A stretch of 64,000 bases of DNA, taken from an uncultured Thermoplasmatales archaeon (GTDB lineage: Archaea > Thermoplasmatota > E2 > UBA202 > DSCA01). The translations under genes were made by a program, and so were the position numbers. Under the pieces are notes generated by a model. It saw nothing but the letters and a program-made list of their open reading frames with translations, was not told where the DNA came from and ran no database searches. Of this stretch, positions 9,327 through 19,209 are shown one piece after another (the stretch's first letter is position 1; each line of letters begins with the position of its first letter). The stretch covers positions 33,678-97,677 of the forward strand of contig CAZESS010000005.1 in the NCBI GenBank assembly GCA_964514975.1, read 5' to 3'.

Positions 9327-10853
9327 ATGGTGAGTATGAAACGGAAAGCCATCTTCCTGGCCCTCGTCCTGCTGGCCGCGTCGACCTCCGGCGTTGCAGG
9401 GATCGAAGCCACATCCCCTGATGAAACACCCGCTGAAGCCACCATCGATATGGCCTCCCGCAGCTCCGCGCAGCACGCGGCGAACGACACATGGGCGATA
9501 GAGATGGTTGACTCCCTGGGAAAAACCGGGCAGCATACCGACATCGCCTGCCGCCGGGATGGCACCGTTTTCATATCCTATCACGACTTCCTGGACGAAG
9601 ACCTCTGTTGTGCCTACAGCGACGGAGGTGCATGGGAGGTCGACACGGTCGACGCCGAGGGGGCTGTCGGTACCTATACCTCAATCGACATGGGCAGCGA
9701 CGGCCAGCCATGCATCAGCTACTATGACGAAACAAACGGGGACCTCAGGTATGCCGTGAGAGGCAGCAATGGATGGCAGGTGGAAACGGCGGACAGCACG
9801 GGCGACGTGGGGAGATATGCATCGCTCGCCGTCGACGGGCAGGGCATCCCACACATCGTGTACTACGATGCAACCACCCGGAACCTGAAATATGCCACCC
9901 GCGGCGATGGAAGCTGGCACACCGAGACCGTGGCATCGGACGGCGACTCGGGGAGATACGCAGCAATAGCCCTCGACAGCCAGGGCACACCGCACTGCAC
10001 CTATGGCCGCGATGAAACCACGCTGCTCTATGCGCATCGAAGCGCCACCGGGTGGGAAACCAGCCAGGTGGAAAGCGACATAAAGCTGTTCGAGTCAACG
10101 GCCATCACCATCATGGACGGCACCTGCCACATCGGCTACTTCGACACCTCAGACGACACCGACTGGCGTCTGAAATATGCGAACGGTGCCGGCGGAGCAT
10201 GGACCATCGAGGTGGTGAACCCCAACATCTATGGATTCTGGAACGAGCGGGGGCTCGACATCGTCGCCCGGAACGACGTCGTCCACATCGGCTATTTCCA
10301 CTGGGATGACTGGAACGTCGGCTACGCCTACCGGTATGACGGCAGATGGATAACCGAGATCGTGGAACGCCAGGGCGACGTGGGTGCCTTCGCCGCCATC
10401 GCGCTGGACAGCCAGGGATACCCACGGATGAGCTACATGGACAGAAGCAACCTCGGCCTCAAATACGCCCGGAAAACAGCGTATGCACCGGCGACACCTG
10501 CGAAACCCAACGGGGTCGAACGGGGGCGGACCGGCAGCGAGTACACCTATGCCACCGCAACCGGCGACCTGGACGGCGACGACGTGCAATACGGATGGGA
10601 CTGGAACGGCGACCAAGAGGTCGACGAATGGACCACACCCGTGGCGTCGGGAGCCGAGATAGAGACCGCCCATGTATGGGACAGCGATGGCGCATACACG
10701 GTGCGCGTGAAGGCACGGGACGGCACCGGGCTGGAAAGCGACTGGTCGCAGCCGTTGCAGGTATCCATGCCCTACCGCTCCATTTCATGTACCATGACGC
10801 TGTGGCGCTGGCTGTTCCAGCATCTGCCATTCCTCTCCCCGTTGTTTATGTAG
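9327..10853 (+). CDS. Secreted beta-propeller repeat protein with PKD-like domain and amphipathic C-terminal tail
   Basis: Signal peptide; repeats of W.xETVD..GDVG.Y.S.A.D..G.PHI.YY; DWNGD PKD-like domain; ends QVSMP + aromatic/hydrophobic tail. Confidence 0.85.
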   Translation: MVSMKRKAIFLALVLLAASTSGVAGIEATSPDETPAEATIDMASRSSAQHAANDTWAIEMVDSLGKTGQHTDIACRRDGTVFISYHDFLDEDLCCAYSDGGAWEVDTVDAEGAVGTYTSIDMGSDGQPCISYYDETNGDLRYAVRGSNGWQVETADSTGDVGRYASLAVDGQGIPHIVYYDATTRNLKYATRGDGSWHTETVASDGDSGRYAAIALDSQGTPHCTYGRDETTLLYAHRSATGWETSQVESDIKLFESTAITIMDGTCHIGYFDTSDDTDWRLKYANGAGGAWTIEVVNPNIYGFWNERGLDIVARNDVVHIGYFHWDDWNVGYAYRYDGRWITEIVERQGDVGAFAAIALDSQGYPRMSYMDRSNLGLKYARKTAYAPATPAKPNGVERGRTGSEYTYATATGDLDGDDVQYGWDWNGDQEVDEWTTPVASGAEIETAHVWDSDGAYTVRVKARDGTGLESDWSQPLQVSMPYRSISCTMTLWRWLFQHLPFLSPLFM

Positions 10854-10951
10854 CCGCCTCCGGGGAAATCGAATGATTTTTCAAAAGGAGATGCGTGTCT
10901 GGCTGACAGACAGCTAATAAAGCTTAAATATGTTCGCCTCATTATCCAACA

Positions 10952-11020
10952 GTGGCAATACATCGGAGGGGCGGTTGCCACGGTATTTTACCACCTCCAT
11001 CTCCCAGCCCCTCCATTTTA
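10952..11020 (+). ncRNA. Candidate small RNA (hairpin/pseudoknot exposing CACCUCC)
   Basis: TATA-like CTTAAATA at 10923-10930. Stems 10952-58/10975-81 and 10965-74/11004-14. No credible ORF. Confidence 0.45.
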
Positions 11021-11086
11021 CACTCTACCGTCGGGAAGCGACATGCACTGCAACAAATTTTATGAAAGCACCGCGCATTACCGGTT

Positions 11087-12697
11087 ATGATAGAGAAAAC
11101 AATCGGCCAGCTGCTCGACGAAGCCGCTGACACCTATGCTGACCAGGATGCACTGGTCTATCTCGACGGACCACGCTATACCTACGAGGAGTTCAAGGAC
11201 ACCTGTGACCGGGTCGCGAAGGGCTTGCTCGAGATGGGCATCGAGCCGGGCGACCACGTCGCCGTATGGGGATACAACGTGCCCGAATGGGCTATCCTCC
11301 AGTTCGCCACCGCGAAAATCGGCGCCGTGCTGGTCACGGTCAACATCTACTACAAGGCACACGAGCTCGAATACCTGCTCAAGCAGTCGGATGCAAAGGC
11401 GCTGTTCCTCGTCGGCGGCTTCAAGGACGTCGACTACGTCGACACCGTCTACCGGATCGTCCCCGAGCTGCGCGAGGGCGAGCGGTCGGACAAGCTGCCG
11501 TATCTCGAGCACGTGGTGTTCATGGGCGATGAACGACATGCAGGCATGTATACCTTCCCGGAGCTCATGGACATGGGCGAAGGGATGAGCGACGACGCAC
11601 TCATAGAGGTGCAGGAGGGGCTTGACCCGCATGACACCATCAACATGCAGTATACCTCCGGCACGACTGGATTTCCCAAGGGCGTAATGCTCACCCATTA
11701 CAACATCGTGAACAACGCATACTGGGTCGGCAGGTATCTCGACCTGGACAGCGACGACCGGATGTGTATCCCGGTGCCGTTTTTCCATTGCTTCGGCTGC
11801 GTGATGTCCACGCTCAACTGCGTGATATATGGCGCGACGATGGTTCCCATCCCGATTTTCGACGCCGGCGAGGTGCTCCGGGCCGTTGACCAGGAGCGAT
11901 GCACGGTCATCCAGGGCGTGCCCACCATGTTCATCCGGGAGCTCGACCATCCAGATTTCGATGATTATGACACGTCGTCGCTCCGCACCGGCATCATGGC
12001 CGGGGCCACCTGCCCCATGGAGGTCATGAAACGCGTCATGGACGACATGCACGTCGAGGAGATCACGATCTGCTACGGGCTGACCGAGGCATCACCGGTC
12101 ATCACACAGACCAAGCGCGACGACCCCATCGAAAAACGGGTGGAAACCGTGGGTAAAGCACATCCGCCGGTCGACGTAAAAATCATCGATCCCGAAACAG
12201 GCGAGGAGCAGCCGCCCGGCGAGCCCGGCGAGCTCATCGCCCGGGGCTACAACATCATGAAGGGCTACTACAAGATGCCCGATGCCACCGATGAGAGCAT
12301 CGAGGACGGCTGGCTGCACACCAAGGACCTGGCGGAGATGGACGAGGACGGCTACATCAAAATCATCGGCCGGGTCGACGACATGATCATCCGGGGCGGC
12401 GAAAACGTCTACCCCCGCGAGATAGAGGAGTTCCTGTACACCAACCCCAAGGTGAAGGACGTCGCGGTCGTCGGCGTACCCCACAAAGAATACGGCGAAG
12501 AGGTCGCCGCCTTCATTCAACTCCGCAAAGGCGAAACGGCGACGGAGGAAGAAATAAAGCAGTTCTGCCGGGACAACATCGCCCGGTACAAGATGCCGAA
12601 ATACATCTTCCTCGTCGACGAGTTCCCCATGACCGCGAGCGGCAAAATCCAGAAATACAAGCTCAGGGACAGCGCCGAGGAACGGCTGCAGGGCTGA
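11087..12697 (+). CDS. AMP-forming acyl-CoA synthetase (fatty-acid--CoA ligase family)
   Basis: YTSGTTGFPKG, YGLTE, RGGENVYPREIE and PMTASGKIQK. Confidence 0.95.
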   Translation: MIEKTIGQLLDEAADTYADQDALVYLDGPRYTYEEFKDTCDRVAKGLLEMGIEPGDHVAVWGYNVPEWAILQFATAKIGAVLVTVNIYYKAHELEYLLKQSDAKALFLVGGFKDVDYVDTVYRIVPELREGERSDKLPYLEHVVFMGDERHAGMYTFPELMDMGEGMSDDALIEVQEGLDPHDTINMQYTSGTTGFPKGVMLTHYNIVNNAYWVGRYLDLDSDDRMCIPVPFFHCFGCVMSTLNCVIYGATMVPIPIFDAGEVLRAVDQERCTVIQGVPTMFIRELDHPDFDDYDTSSLRTGIMAGATCPMEVMKRVMDDMHVEEITICYGLTEASPVITQTKRDDPIEKRVETVGKAHPPVDVKIIDPETGEEQPPGEPGELIARGYNIMKGYYKMPDATDESIEDGWLHTKDLAEMDEDGYIKIIGRVDDMIIRGGENVYPREIEEFLYTNPKVKDVAVVGVPHKEYGEEVAAFIQLRKGETATEEEIKQFCRDNIARYKMPKYIFLVDEFPMTASGKIQKYKLRDSAEERLQG

Positions 12698-12699
12698 CC

Positions 12700-13410
12700 A
12701 TGCGCATCGCCCACCTCTCCGACATCCACTACAGCAAGAGCTGGATGTTTCTGCACGACAGCTTCCAGCGCTGCATCGACCTCGTGAACGAGGAGGCACC
12801 GGACCTCGTCATCGTCACCGGAGACATCACCGACTACGGGCTGCAGCGGGAATTCCAGGGCGTCAAAAAGGAGCTGGAGCGCATCACAGCACCCTGCCTC
12901 ATGGTCCCGGGCAATCATGACTCGCGGCATGAGGGATACAAAAAATTCGAAGAGCATTTCGGCCCGCGTTTTTTCACCGAGGGACACGGCGGATACCGGT
13001 TCGTCGGCATCGACAGCAGCGAGCCGGACATCGACGAGGGACATGTCGGCCGGGAGCAGATGAAATGGCTCGCCGGACAGCTCACCGACCGCTCCATCGT
13101 CTTCCTGCACCACCACCTGGTGCCAGTTCCCTACACGGGCAGGGAGCGGAACGTGCTGGTTGACGCCGGCGAGATGCTCCGGCTGCTCGACCGCCACGGC
13201 GTGCCGCTCGTGCTCAGCGGCCACAAGCACGTGCCCTGGCTATGGAACCTGAACGGCATGGTGGTCTCGACGGCGGGCACCGTGTCCTGCGAGCGCACCG
13301 GCGCCCATCAGTCGTATGACCTCATCGAGCTCACCGACGACATGATACACATAGACAAAATAAACATAGCCACGGGAGAACATACCCGCCATCGGGTCAG
13401 GCGCCGCTGA
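12700..13410 (+). CDS. Metallophosphoesterase (Icc/CpdA-like)
   Basis: SDIH, GD, GNHD, LHHH and GHKH motifs. Confidence 0.92.
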   Translation: MRIAHLSDIHYSKSWMFLHDSFQRCIDLVNEEAPDLVIVTGDITDYGLQREFQGVKKELERITAPCLMVPGNHDSRHEGYKKFEEHFGPRFFTEGHGGYRFVGIDSSEPDIDEGHVGREQMKWLAGQLTDRSIVFLHHHLVPVPYTGRERNVLVDAGEMLRLLDRHGVPLVLSGHKHVPWLWNLNGMVVSTAGTVSCERTGAHQSYDLIELTDDMIHIDKINIATGEHTRHRVRRR

Positions 13411-13468
13411 ACCGGCAAAAAGAGAAGGATATTTATAGCGACGGCAAAATAACCGGGGAAGGGATGCA

Positions 13469-14836
13469 ATGAGAGAGCCCAAAAAGCGCCTGTTTTCGAA
13501 GCATGAAATGGCCATCGTCGCCGCCGTAGCCGCCTGCATCATCGGCGTCGGCATCGTCAGCGCATTTCCAAACGGGCTGCATCTCTCCCCCTCATACGAG
13601 GTGCACTACACGGGCACCGACACGACAGTGCTCCTCGGCGACATCGACATCGAGGGCGACATCACGGGCACCCTTGGACTGCACAACGTCACCAGGATGT
13701 ATATCCCCACGGCGGGCTCGGTCACCATCGACCCCGTCGGGAGCCCGGCGGAAACATTCACCGATATCTCGATAGCAATCCATGGCGGCGACGGAGCGAT
13801 ACAGGGCACCGTGAAAATACCCGACCCGCTCACCCCTGGAGCAGCCCTGTACAACAGCAGCCTGGACGACACATGGATGTTCGCCGCGGAGTCCACCATG
13901 CTCGACCTATCAACGGGTGCCACGGTCACCATGCACGATACATCTATCTCCGTGGACAACGGCTCATGGACCACAACGGGTGCCGTCTCCCTGTCCATGA
14001 ACGAGCCGGCCAGCGCAACCGTCATCACGGACCACTGCACGGTGTCATCTGACAACGTGGTGGAGCTTTCGGTGGAAAAACGTGCGGATTTCAACAACAC
14101 GCTTCTCGACGTCCTTGGCGAGGGGCTGCCGTCGCTGCCCGTCTCGCTCGGCGGCGTCGCCGCCGTGCTGCCCGACAACGCAACAGCGATAACCGTGGAC
14201 GGAGACACCAAAACATGTGACAACGTGTCGCTGTTCAGGGGGTCGTGGACCGCTTCGTTCGGTGACACGGTGTCGCTGCAGGGGGACGCCCTCCTGGTGC
14301 TCATCGACACGTCGCTGTACAGCCCCGCAGACGCAGCGATATGGTTCATCCCCGACCAGCTGCTCGGGCTGTGGCCGCTCGCCATCGGCATCTGGCTGGT
14401 AGCCGCGCTGCTGCAACGGCGCTCCCATCGGGACCGGCCGGAATACGACCGGGAGCTGTACTGGCTGGCGGTCATTATCCATCTGCTGATACTCGCCGTG
14501 ACGTTTTTCCTGTGGGATGCAGAGATACGCTATCTGTTTGGCACGAGCCTGTTCGACGTCGCGGTGAGCGCCGTCACGACGGGCGGGGTGTCGCTGGCCT
14601 CCCTGGCGATCATGCCGCTGGAACTAGTTCCATGGTTTATCGGACTGGCATTTATCGCGCTGCCGGTCCGGGTCGTCCTGGCCGCGGTGTTCCGGCTGGT
14701 AGGCTTCGACACGCTCGGGGACGGTATCGCGAAGGGTATCGGATTGCTGGCGCTGCTGTTCATCGGCTCGCGCTACATCCCGTTTTTCCTGGATGCTACC
14801 GTGCTGGCGCTGCTGCAGGACATGCTGGGGCTGTAG
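13469..14836 (+). CDS. Hypothetical membrane protein (N-terminal TM, extracellular beta domain, about four C-terminal TMs)
   Basis: Long ORF with typical codon usage and hydrophobic segments; no family recognised. Confidence 0.75.
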   Translation: MREPKKRLFSKHEMAIVAAVAACIIGVGIVSAFPNGLHLSPSYEVHYTGTDTTVLLGDIDIEGDITGTLGLHNVTRMYIPTAGSVTIDPVGSPAETFTDISIAIHGGDGAIQGTVKIPDPLTPGAALYNSSLDDTWMFAAESTMLDLSTGATVTMHDTSISVDNGSWTTTGAVSLSMNEPASATVITDHCTVSSDNVVELSVEKRADFNNTLLDVLGEGLPSLPVSLGGVAAVLPDNATAITVDGDTKTCDNVSLFRGSWTASFGDTVSLQGDALLVLIDTSLYSPADAAIWFIPDQLLGLWPLAIGIWLVAALLQRRSHRDRPEYDRELYWLAVIIHLLILAVTFFLWDAEIRYLFGTSLFDVAVSAVTTGGVSLASLAIMPLELVPWFIGLAFIALPVRVVLAAVFRLVGFDTLGDGIAKGIGLLALLFIGSRYIPFFLDATVLALLQDMLGL

Positions 14837-15589
14837 ATGATATCTCCACTGTACAACCGGCGGGCGCTGCATCTGCCTGACATCAACGCGGCCATCATCG
14901 CCGACCTGCACATCGGCGTAGAGTATGAGCTCTCGCTCTCCGGGGCGAACATACCGTCCCAGACCACATTGCTGGCATCACGCTGCAGGCGGCTCTGCGA
15001 GGAGCTCGACGTGGAAACGCTTCTCGTTGCAGGCGACCTCAAGCACATGATAGCCGGCGATGGGTCATCGGAGCAGGCACGGGCGATACGGCAGGAGCGC
15101 TGGGATCTCCGCTCGTTTGTGCAGTCGCTGTCCTGCTGTGCCATAAAGCTGGTGAAGGGCAACCATGACGGCGGCCTTCGCTCATCGGAGACGCTGACGG
15201 TGCATGACAGCCGGGGTATCTGCATCGGGGAGATAGGTGTCGCTCATGGCCATGCATGGCCCTCCGGGGGGGTGATGCAGCGCGAGGTGCTGGTGATGGG
15301 GCATGTGCATCCCGTCGTCCGGCTCAGGGACGACCTGGGGTTTTCCACGTCCAAGCCCTGCTGGCTCCGCGCGCCGTTGCTGCAGGATGCGGCGCTGGAG
15401 CGATATCCCGACAGCAATCCCGAGCTGGAGGTAATCGTTGTGCCGGCGTTCAACCCGCTGTGCGGCGGGATGGCTGTCAACACCGAGGGTATCCTGGGTC
15501 CCATGCGGAGCATCATTGATGTCGACGCGGCCGAGGTATACCTGCGGGATGGCACCTATCTGGGCAACGTGGCGTCGCTCCGGCTGTAG
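14837..15589 (+). CDS. Metallophosphoesterase (archaeal COG1407 type)
   Basis: ADLHIG, GDLKH, KGNHDG, AHGH, GHVHP and VPAFNP. Confidence 0.9.
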   Translation: MISPLYNRRALHLPDINAAIIADLHIGVEYELSLSGANIPSQTTLLASRCRRLCEELDVETLLVAGDLKHMIAGDGSSEQARAIRQERWDLRSFVQSLSCCAIKLVKGNHDGGLRSSETLTVHDSRGICIGEIGVAHGHAWPSGGVMQREVLVMGHVHPVVRLRDDLGFSTSKPCWLRAPLLQDAALERYPDSNPELEVIVVPAFNPLCGGMAVNTEGILGPMRSIIDVDAAEVYLRDGTYLGNVASLRL

Positions 15590-15664
15590 CTGCAACGGGA
15601 TTTCTCGAACAGTATGCATCCCGCCAGCGAAGCGAAGCCATCGCTATCCCGACAAAGCAGGGGG

Positions 15665-15981
15665 TTATTGTTTCAGTTTGACCGCTGTTCCGTAGGCCAG
15701 TATCTCTGCCGCTCCGCCCATGACCCCTGCGGTCATGAACCGCACGGTTATGACGGCGTCTGCTCCCTGTTCCTCTGCTTTTTGCGTCATTCGCTGCAGG
15801 GCTACCTCTCTGGCCTCGCTGAGCATATCTGTGTATTCCTTGATTTCGCCGCCGACCACGTGACGGAAGCCCGCTACGATATCTTTTCCGATATGTTTGG
15901 CCTGGATGGTGTTGCCTCTCACTATCCCCAGCGTCTCCTGTATCTCCCGGTGGGCACAAAATCTGTGTCGACCACTATCAT
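15665..15981 (-). CDS. YbjQ/UPF0145 family protein (apparent 1-nt frameshift near 15950)
   Basis: MIVVDTDFVP from ATG 15981 joins REIQETLGIVRGNTIQAKHIGKD...EILAYGTAVKL if one base is added. Confidence 0.85.
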
Positions 15982-16207
15982 GGTTTCATGTCCTCCTCTT
16001 TTATGTTTTCTCTGTCATCGCTCGTGCGTTCCGCTGCCGTTGAAACGAACAGTATGATGATGCCGGCGGCTGTCCCTGCCCCACCGATGAACACGATGGG
16101 GGGTCGACATGCCCGAGCTCTTTCAGCAGGCCGTACAGCCCGTACAGGAGCAAGACGAGCATCCCTCCTCCAATGCAGGCCAGCCCGACCATTTGCAGCC
16201 GGTTCAT
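15978..16207 (-). CDS. Small two-TM membrane protein (apparent frameshift in C6 run near 16100)
   Basis: MNRLQMVGLACIGGGMLVLLLYGLY...HVDPP continues as IVFIGGAGTAAGIIILFVSTAAER...MKP in another frame; its stop overlaps the ybjQ-like ATG. Confidence 0.7.
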
Positions 16208-16318
16208 GACAGGAAACCATGCAATGTGAATATAATTTTTTGTGTCCTCTCGGGAGCTTCCAATCCAGCTGCAGGGGCAGAAGTTTTTTATCCTGTCTGC
16301 GTATTATCACGCGATATC

Positions 16319-17257
16319 ATGAAAATACTGGTGACAGACCCGGTTGCGAATGAAGCCATGGACATGCTCAGGGAAAACCACGAGGTAACGTTCAACAACA
16401 TCACGGGCAGCGAGCTCGCCGCCGAGATAGGCCCCTACCATGGCCTGATGGTGCGCAGCGGCACCCAGGTCACCCGGGAGGTCATCGAGGCAGCCGGCCG
16501 CCTCACGGTCATCGGCCGCGCGGGCATCGGCGTCGACAACATCGACCTCGAGGCGGCGAGCGAGCACGACGTCAAGGTCGTCAACGCGCCGACCGGCGCC
16601 ACCCCGTCGGTAGCGGAGCTCACCATCGCTCACATGCTGGCGCTCGCCCGGCATCTCCCCCGGGCGGATAAGACCATGAAGGCGGGTGAATGGGCGAAAA
16701 AACAGCTGAAGGGCACCGAGCTCAAGGGTAAAACGCTCGGCCTGGTCGGCTGTGGCAACATCGGCAGCCTGGTCGCCGAGTACGCGCAGGCGCTGGACAT
16801 GTCCGTCGTCGGCTACGATCCCTACATCTGCGAGGAGGACCTGGCAGAGGAGGGTATCGAAAAAATGGGGTTCGAGGAGGTGCTCCGGACGGCCGACTAT
16901 CTGTCGCTGCATGTGCCGCATATCGAGGCGACGCATCACATCATCGACGCCACGGCGCTGCAGTCCATGAAGGACACCGCGTTTCTGGTGAACTGCGCCC
17001 GGGGCGGCGTCGTCGACGAGGACGCATTGTATGAGGCGCTGAAAAACGGCGATCTTGCTGGTGCGGCACTGGATGTCTACGAGCAGGAACCGCCGGGTGA
17101 GACGAGGCTGACGGAGCTGGACAACGTGGTGATGACGCCTCATCTGGGCGCTGCAACAAGGGAAGGACAGATACGTGCGGGGACGGTCTGCGCCGAGCAG
17201 ATGCTGATGGTGCTCGATGGCAAAGAGCCCGATTTCTGGGTCAACCGGGAAAAATAG
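16319..17257 (+). CDS. serA: D-3-phosphoglycerate dehydrogenase (short form, no ACT domain)
   Basis: MKILVTDP, GRAGIGVDNID, GCGNIG, NCARGGVVDE and TPHLGAAT. Confidence 0.85.
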   Translation: MKILVTDPVANEAMDMLRENHEVTFNNITGSELAAEIGPYHGLMVRSGTQVTREVIEAAGRLTVIGRAGIGVDNIDLEAASEHDVKVVNAPTGATPSVAELTIAHMLALARHLPRADKTMKAGEWAKKQLKGTELKGKTLGLVGCGNIGSLVAEYAQALDMSVVGYDPYICEEDLAEEGIEKMGFEEVLRTADYLSLHVPHIEATHHIIDATALQSMKDTAFLVNCARGGVVDEDALYEALKNGDLAGAALDVYEQEPPGETRLTELDNVVMTPHLGAATREGQIRAGTVCAEQMLMVLDGKEPDFWVNREK

Positions 17258-17258
17258 C

Positions 17259-17633
17259 TCAGGTATCGTATTCGTCGCTTTCCTCTGCCTCCGGCGCCTC
17301 GCCCGTCTCGCTTATGTTCTCGATGATCTGCATCGGTTTCGGTATCATGAACTTCGGCCAGAGCGAGGTGTTGGTGAAGCAGGAAAACTCCGTGACATAG
17401 TACTCGTGGTCGCGGCTGATGACGCCCTGCATCGTAAAAAAAATCTCCCGGCGCTCCTCGAGGTCGAGGTCGCCGTCGGTGACTTCGACGAAGGAGCCCT
17501 CGGCGCTGATTTTGTCTGGTCCCTCCAGCATGATTTCGAGGTTGAAGATACATTCAGCGATTTTTTCTTCGTCCTCCACGATGTCGCCCATGCCGATGTA
17601 CAGGCCCGGATAATCGGAGAGCTCCTGCGCCAT
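17259..17633 (-). CDS. Hypothetical acidic protein (124 aa)
   Basis: MAQELSDYPGLYIG... with host-like codon usage and a divergent AT-rich promoter upstream. Confidence 0.7.
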   Translation of the reverse strand: MAQELSDYPGLYIGMGDIVEDEEKIAECIFNLEIMLEGPDKISAEGSFVEVTDGDLDLEERREIFFTMQGVISRDHEYYVTEFSCFTNTSLWPKFMIPKPMQIIENISETGEAPEAEESDEYDT

Positions 17634-17687
17634 GGAGGTAAACACGCAGTGTACATAAATATTTTCAACCCGCTGTCCCTGTAGCTC

Positions 17688-18113
17688 ATGGACGTCATCT
17701 ATTCCATCGGGCATTCCAGCAGAGATATCGATGATTTCATCATATTGCTGCAGCGGCACAGGGTGGCAATGGTGGCCGACGTCCGCCGGCACCCCGTCTC
17801 CCGTTTTGAGCATTTCAGCCGGGACATGCTCATGGATGCGCTGCAGCGGCACGGCATCGGCTATGCCCACCTTGAGGCGCTGGGTGCTTTCCGGGGCGAG
17901 GGCTATGAGACGTGGATGACAGGCGAGGGGTGGCGGCAGGGCTACGAGCGGCTCGTCGCTCTGGCGCGACAGCGAACGACGGCGTTCATGTGCGCCGAGC
18001 GGCTGCCTCAGCGGTGCCACCGCCGTTTCATCGCCCACCGGCTCGCCCGGGATGGATGGCGGGTCGTCCATATCATCGGCAGGGGAGCATTGCAGGCCAC
18101 GCTCACGCCGTAG
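17688..18113 (+). CDS. DUF488 family protein
   Basis: IYSIGHSSR, DVRRHPVSR and MCAERLPQRCHR. Confidence 0.9.
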   Translation: MDVIYSIGHSSRDIDDFIILLQRHRVAMVADVRRHPVSRFEHFSRDMLMDALQRHGIGYAHLEALGAFRGEGYETWMTGEGWRQGYERLVALARQRTTAFMCAERLPQRCHRRFIAHRLARDGWRVVHIIGRGALQATLTP

Positions 18114-18168
18114 CTGGAGGCCACAATGCTTTTAAGAGTGCCGGCTATACCACACAGGAGGGAATACC

Positions 18169-19209
18169 ATTTTTGACGTCCTCGAAGCAGTCATCCCCTA
18201 CATCAGTGGGCTGTACACCCTGCCCTGGATAGCCGTCGGATTCGTCGGCAACCTGCTGCTCAGCCATGTTTTTGGCGAGGAGCGAGTCGCCGCCGCCATG
18301 AAAAAAATCGGGCTGGTGCTGCTGTTCGTGTTCATCCCCATCCTGCTGTTCAAGCTGTTTTTGAACATCGACTTCAAGGCCGGGGAGCTCGACTTCGCCA
18401 TCCTGGCCCTGGGAGCCATGGCCTTCCTGTATCTGATAGCGTATCTGTTCGCCAGGCGGCAGGCCCCCCGGTTCACCGACGGCGGCGGTGAGCGGCTGTA
18501 TTTTTTGAAGACAACCATCGTCAACCAGGGGCGGAGCGCCGCGTTTTTCGGGAGTGCCATCCTGGCCATCGAGGAGCTGCGTATCCCCGCCGCCATCTAT
18601 ATCACGCTGCTCGGCATCTACCTGTTCGCCATCGTGCCATATATCCTGGCGCATCTCCACGACCGGGAGGCCGCAGCGTGTGAGACGAAAAACCCGCTGC
18701 CCCGGTTTTTGCGCGTGTTTCCCTGGTATCTCGCCGCCTTCCCCATATCGGCGACGGTCATCCACATGCAGACCGGCGTGACCACCGGCACCTATGAATG
18801 GGGCGTGCTGCTCGAGTTCGCGGCAGCGGTGACCATTCCAGCGGCGCTGTACTACGTCGGCTCGGGTATCAGGCTCGCGGACGTGACCCCGGACAAGCTC
18901 CGGCAGCTATTCTTTGGCCAGGAGGGAGAGCTGGCGAAGGTCCGGGTGCTGCTGCTGCTCACCATGGTCATCACGCCCGTTGTCGTCGCGGCGCTGTTCG
19001 GCTCGCTGTGGATGCTCGGGCTGCTGCCGGCGGCCTGGTTCGCCGTGCTGCTGCTCAACGCGGTGCTCCCCATCACGAGCACCAACATGTTCCTGGTCCC
19101 CTATGGCATCAACAAGAAGGTAACGGCGCTGTCGGTGACCTGGTCGACCCTGTTCTCGCTGCCCCTGTTCGTGGTGCTGCTGTACGTGCTGTCCCGGGTG
19201 TTCGGATAG
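18169..19209 (+). CDS. AEC/permease-type membrane transporter
   Basis: About 10 TM helices, FVFIPILLF, NAVLPITSTN. Frame stays open 43 codons upstream of ATG 18298 to an ATT placed 6 nt after SD GGAGGG. Confidence 0.75.
   Translation: MFDVLEAVIPYISGLYTLPWIAVGFVGNLLLSHVFGEERVAAAMKKIGLVLLFVFIPILLFKLFLNIDFKAGELDFAILALGAMAFLYLIAYLFARRQAPRFTDGGGERLYFLKTTIVNQGRSAAFFGSAILAIEELRIPAAIYITLLGIYLFAIVPYILAHLHDREAAACETKNPLPRFLRVFPWYLAAFPISATVIHMQTGVTTGTYEWGVLLEFAAAVTIPAALYYVGSGIRLADVTPDKLRQLFFGQEGELAKVRVLLLLTMVITPVVVAALFGSLWMLGLLPAAWFAVLLLNAVLPITSTNMFLVPYGINKKVTALSVTWSTLFSLPLFVVLLYVLSRVFG

Noticed and set aside
10854-11030. C/D or H/ACA guide RNA interpretation of the intergenic hairpins
   Set aside because: No convincing RUGAUGA/CUGA boxes or K-turn motifs, and only one locus has a downstream ACA.
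15940-16110. Frameshifts in the ybjQ-like gene and the upstream membrane gene as programmed frameshifting or phase variation
   Set aside because: Both are single-base deficits in or next to short homopolymers, with no slippery heptamer or stimulatory structure. Similar events at 59780, 60465 and possibly 60910 point to long-read consensus errors.
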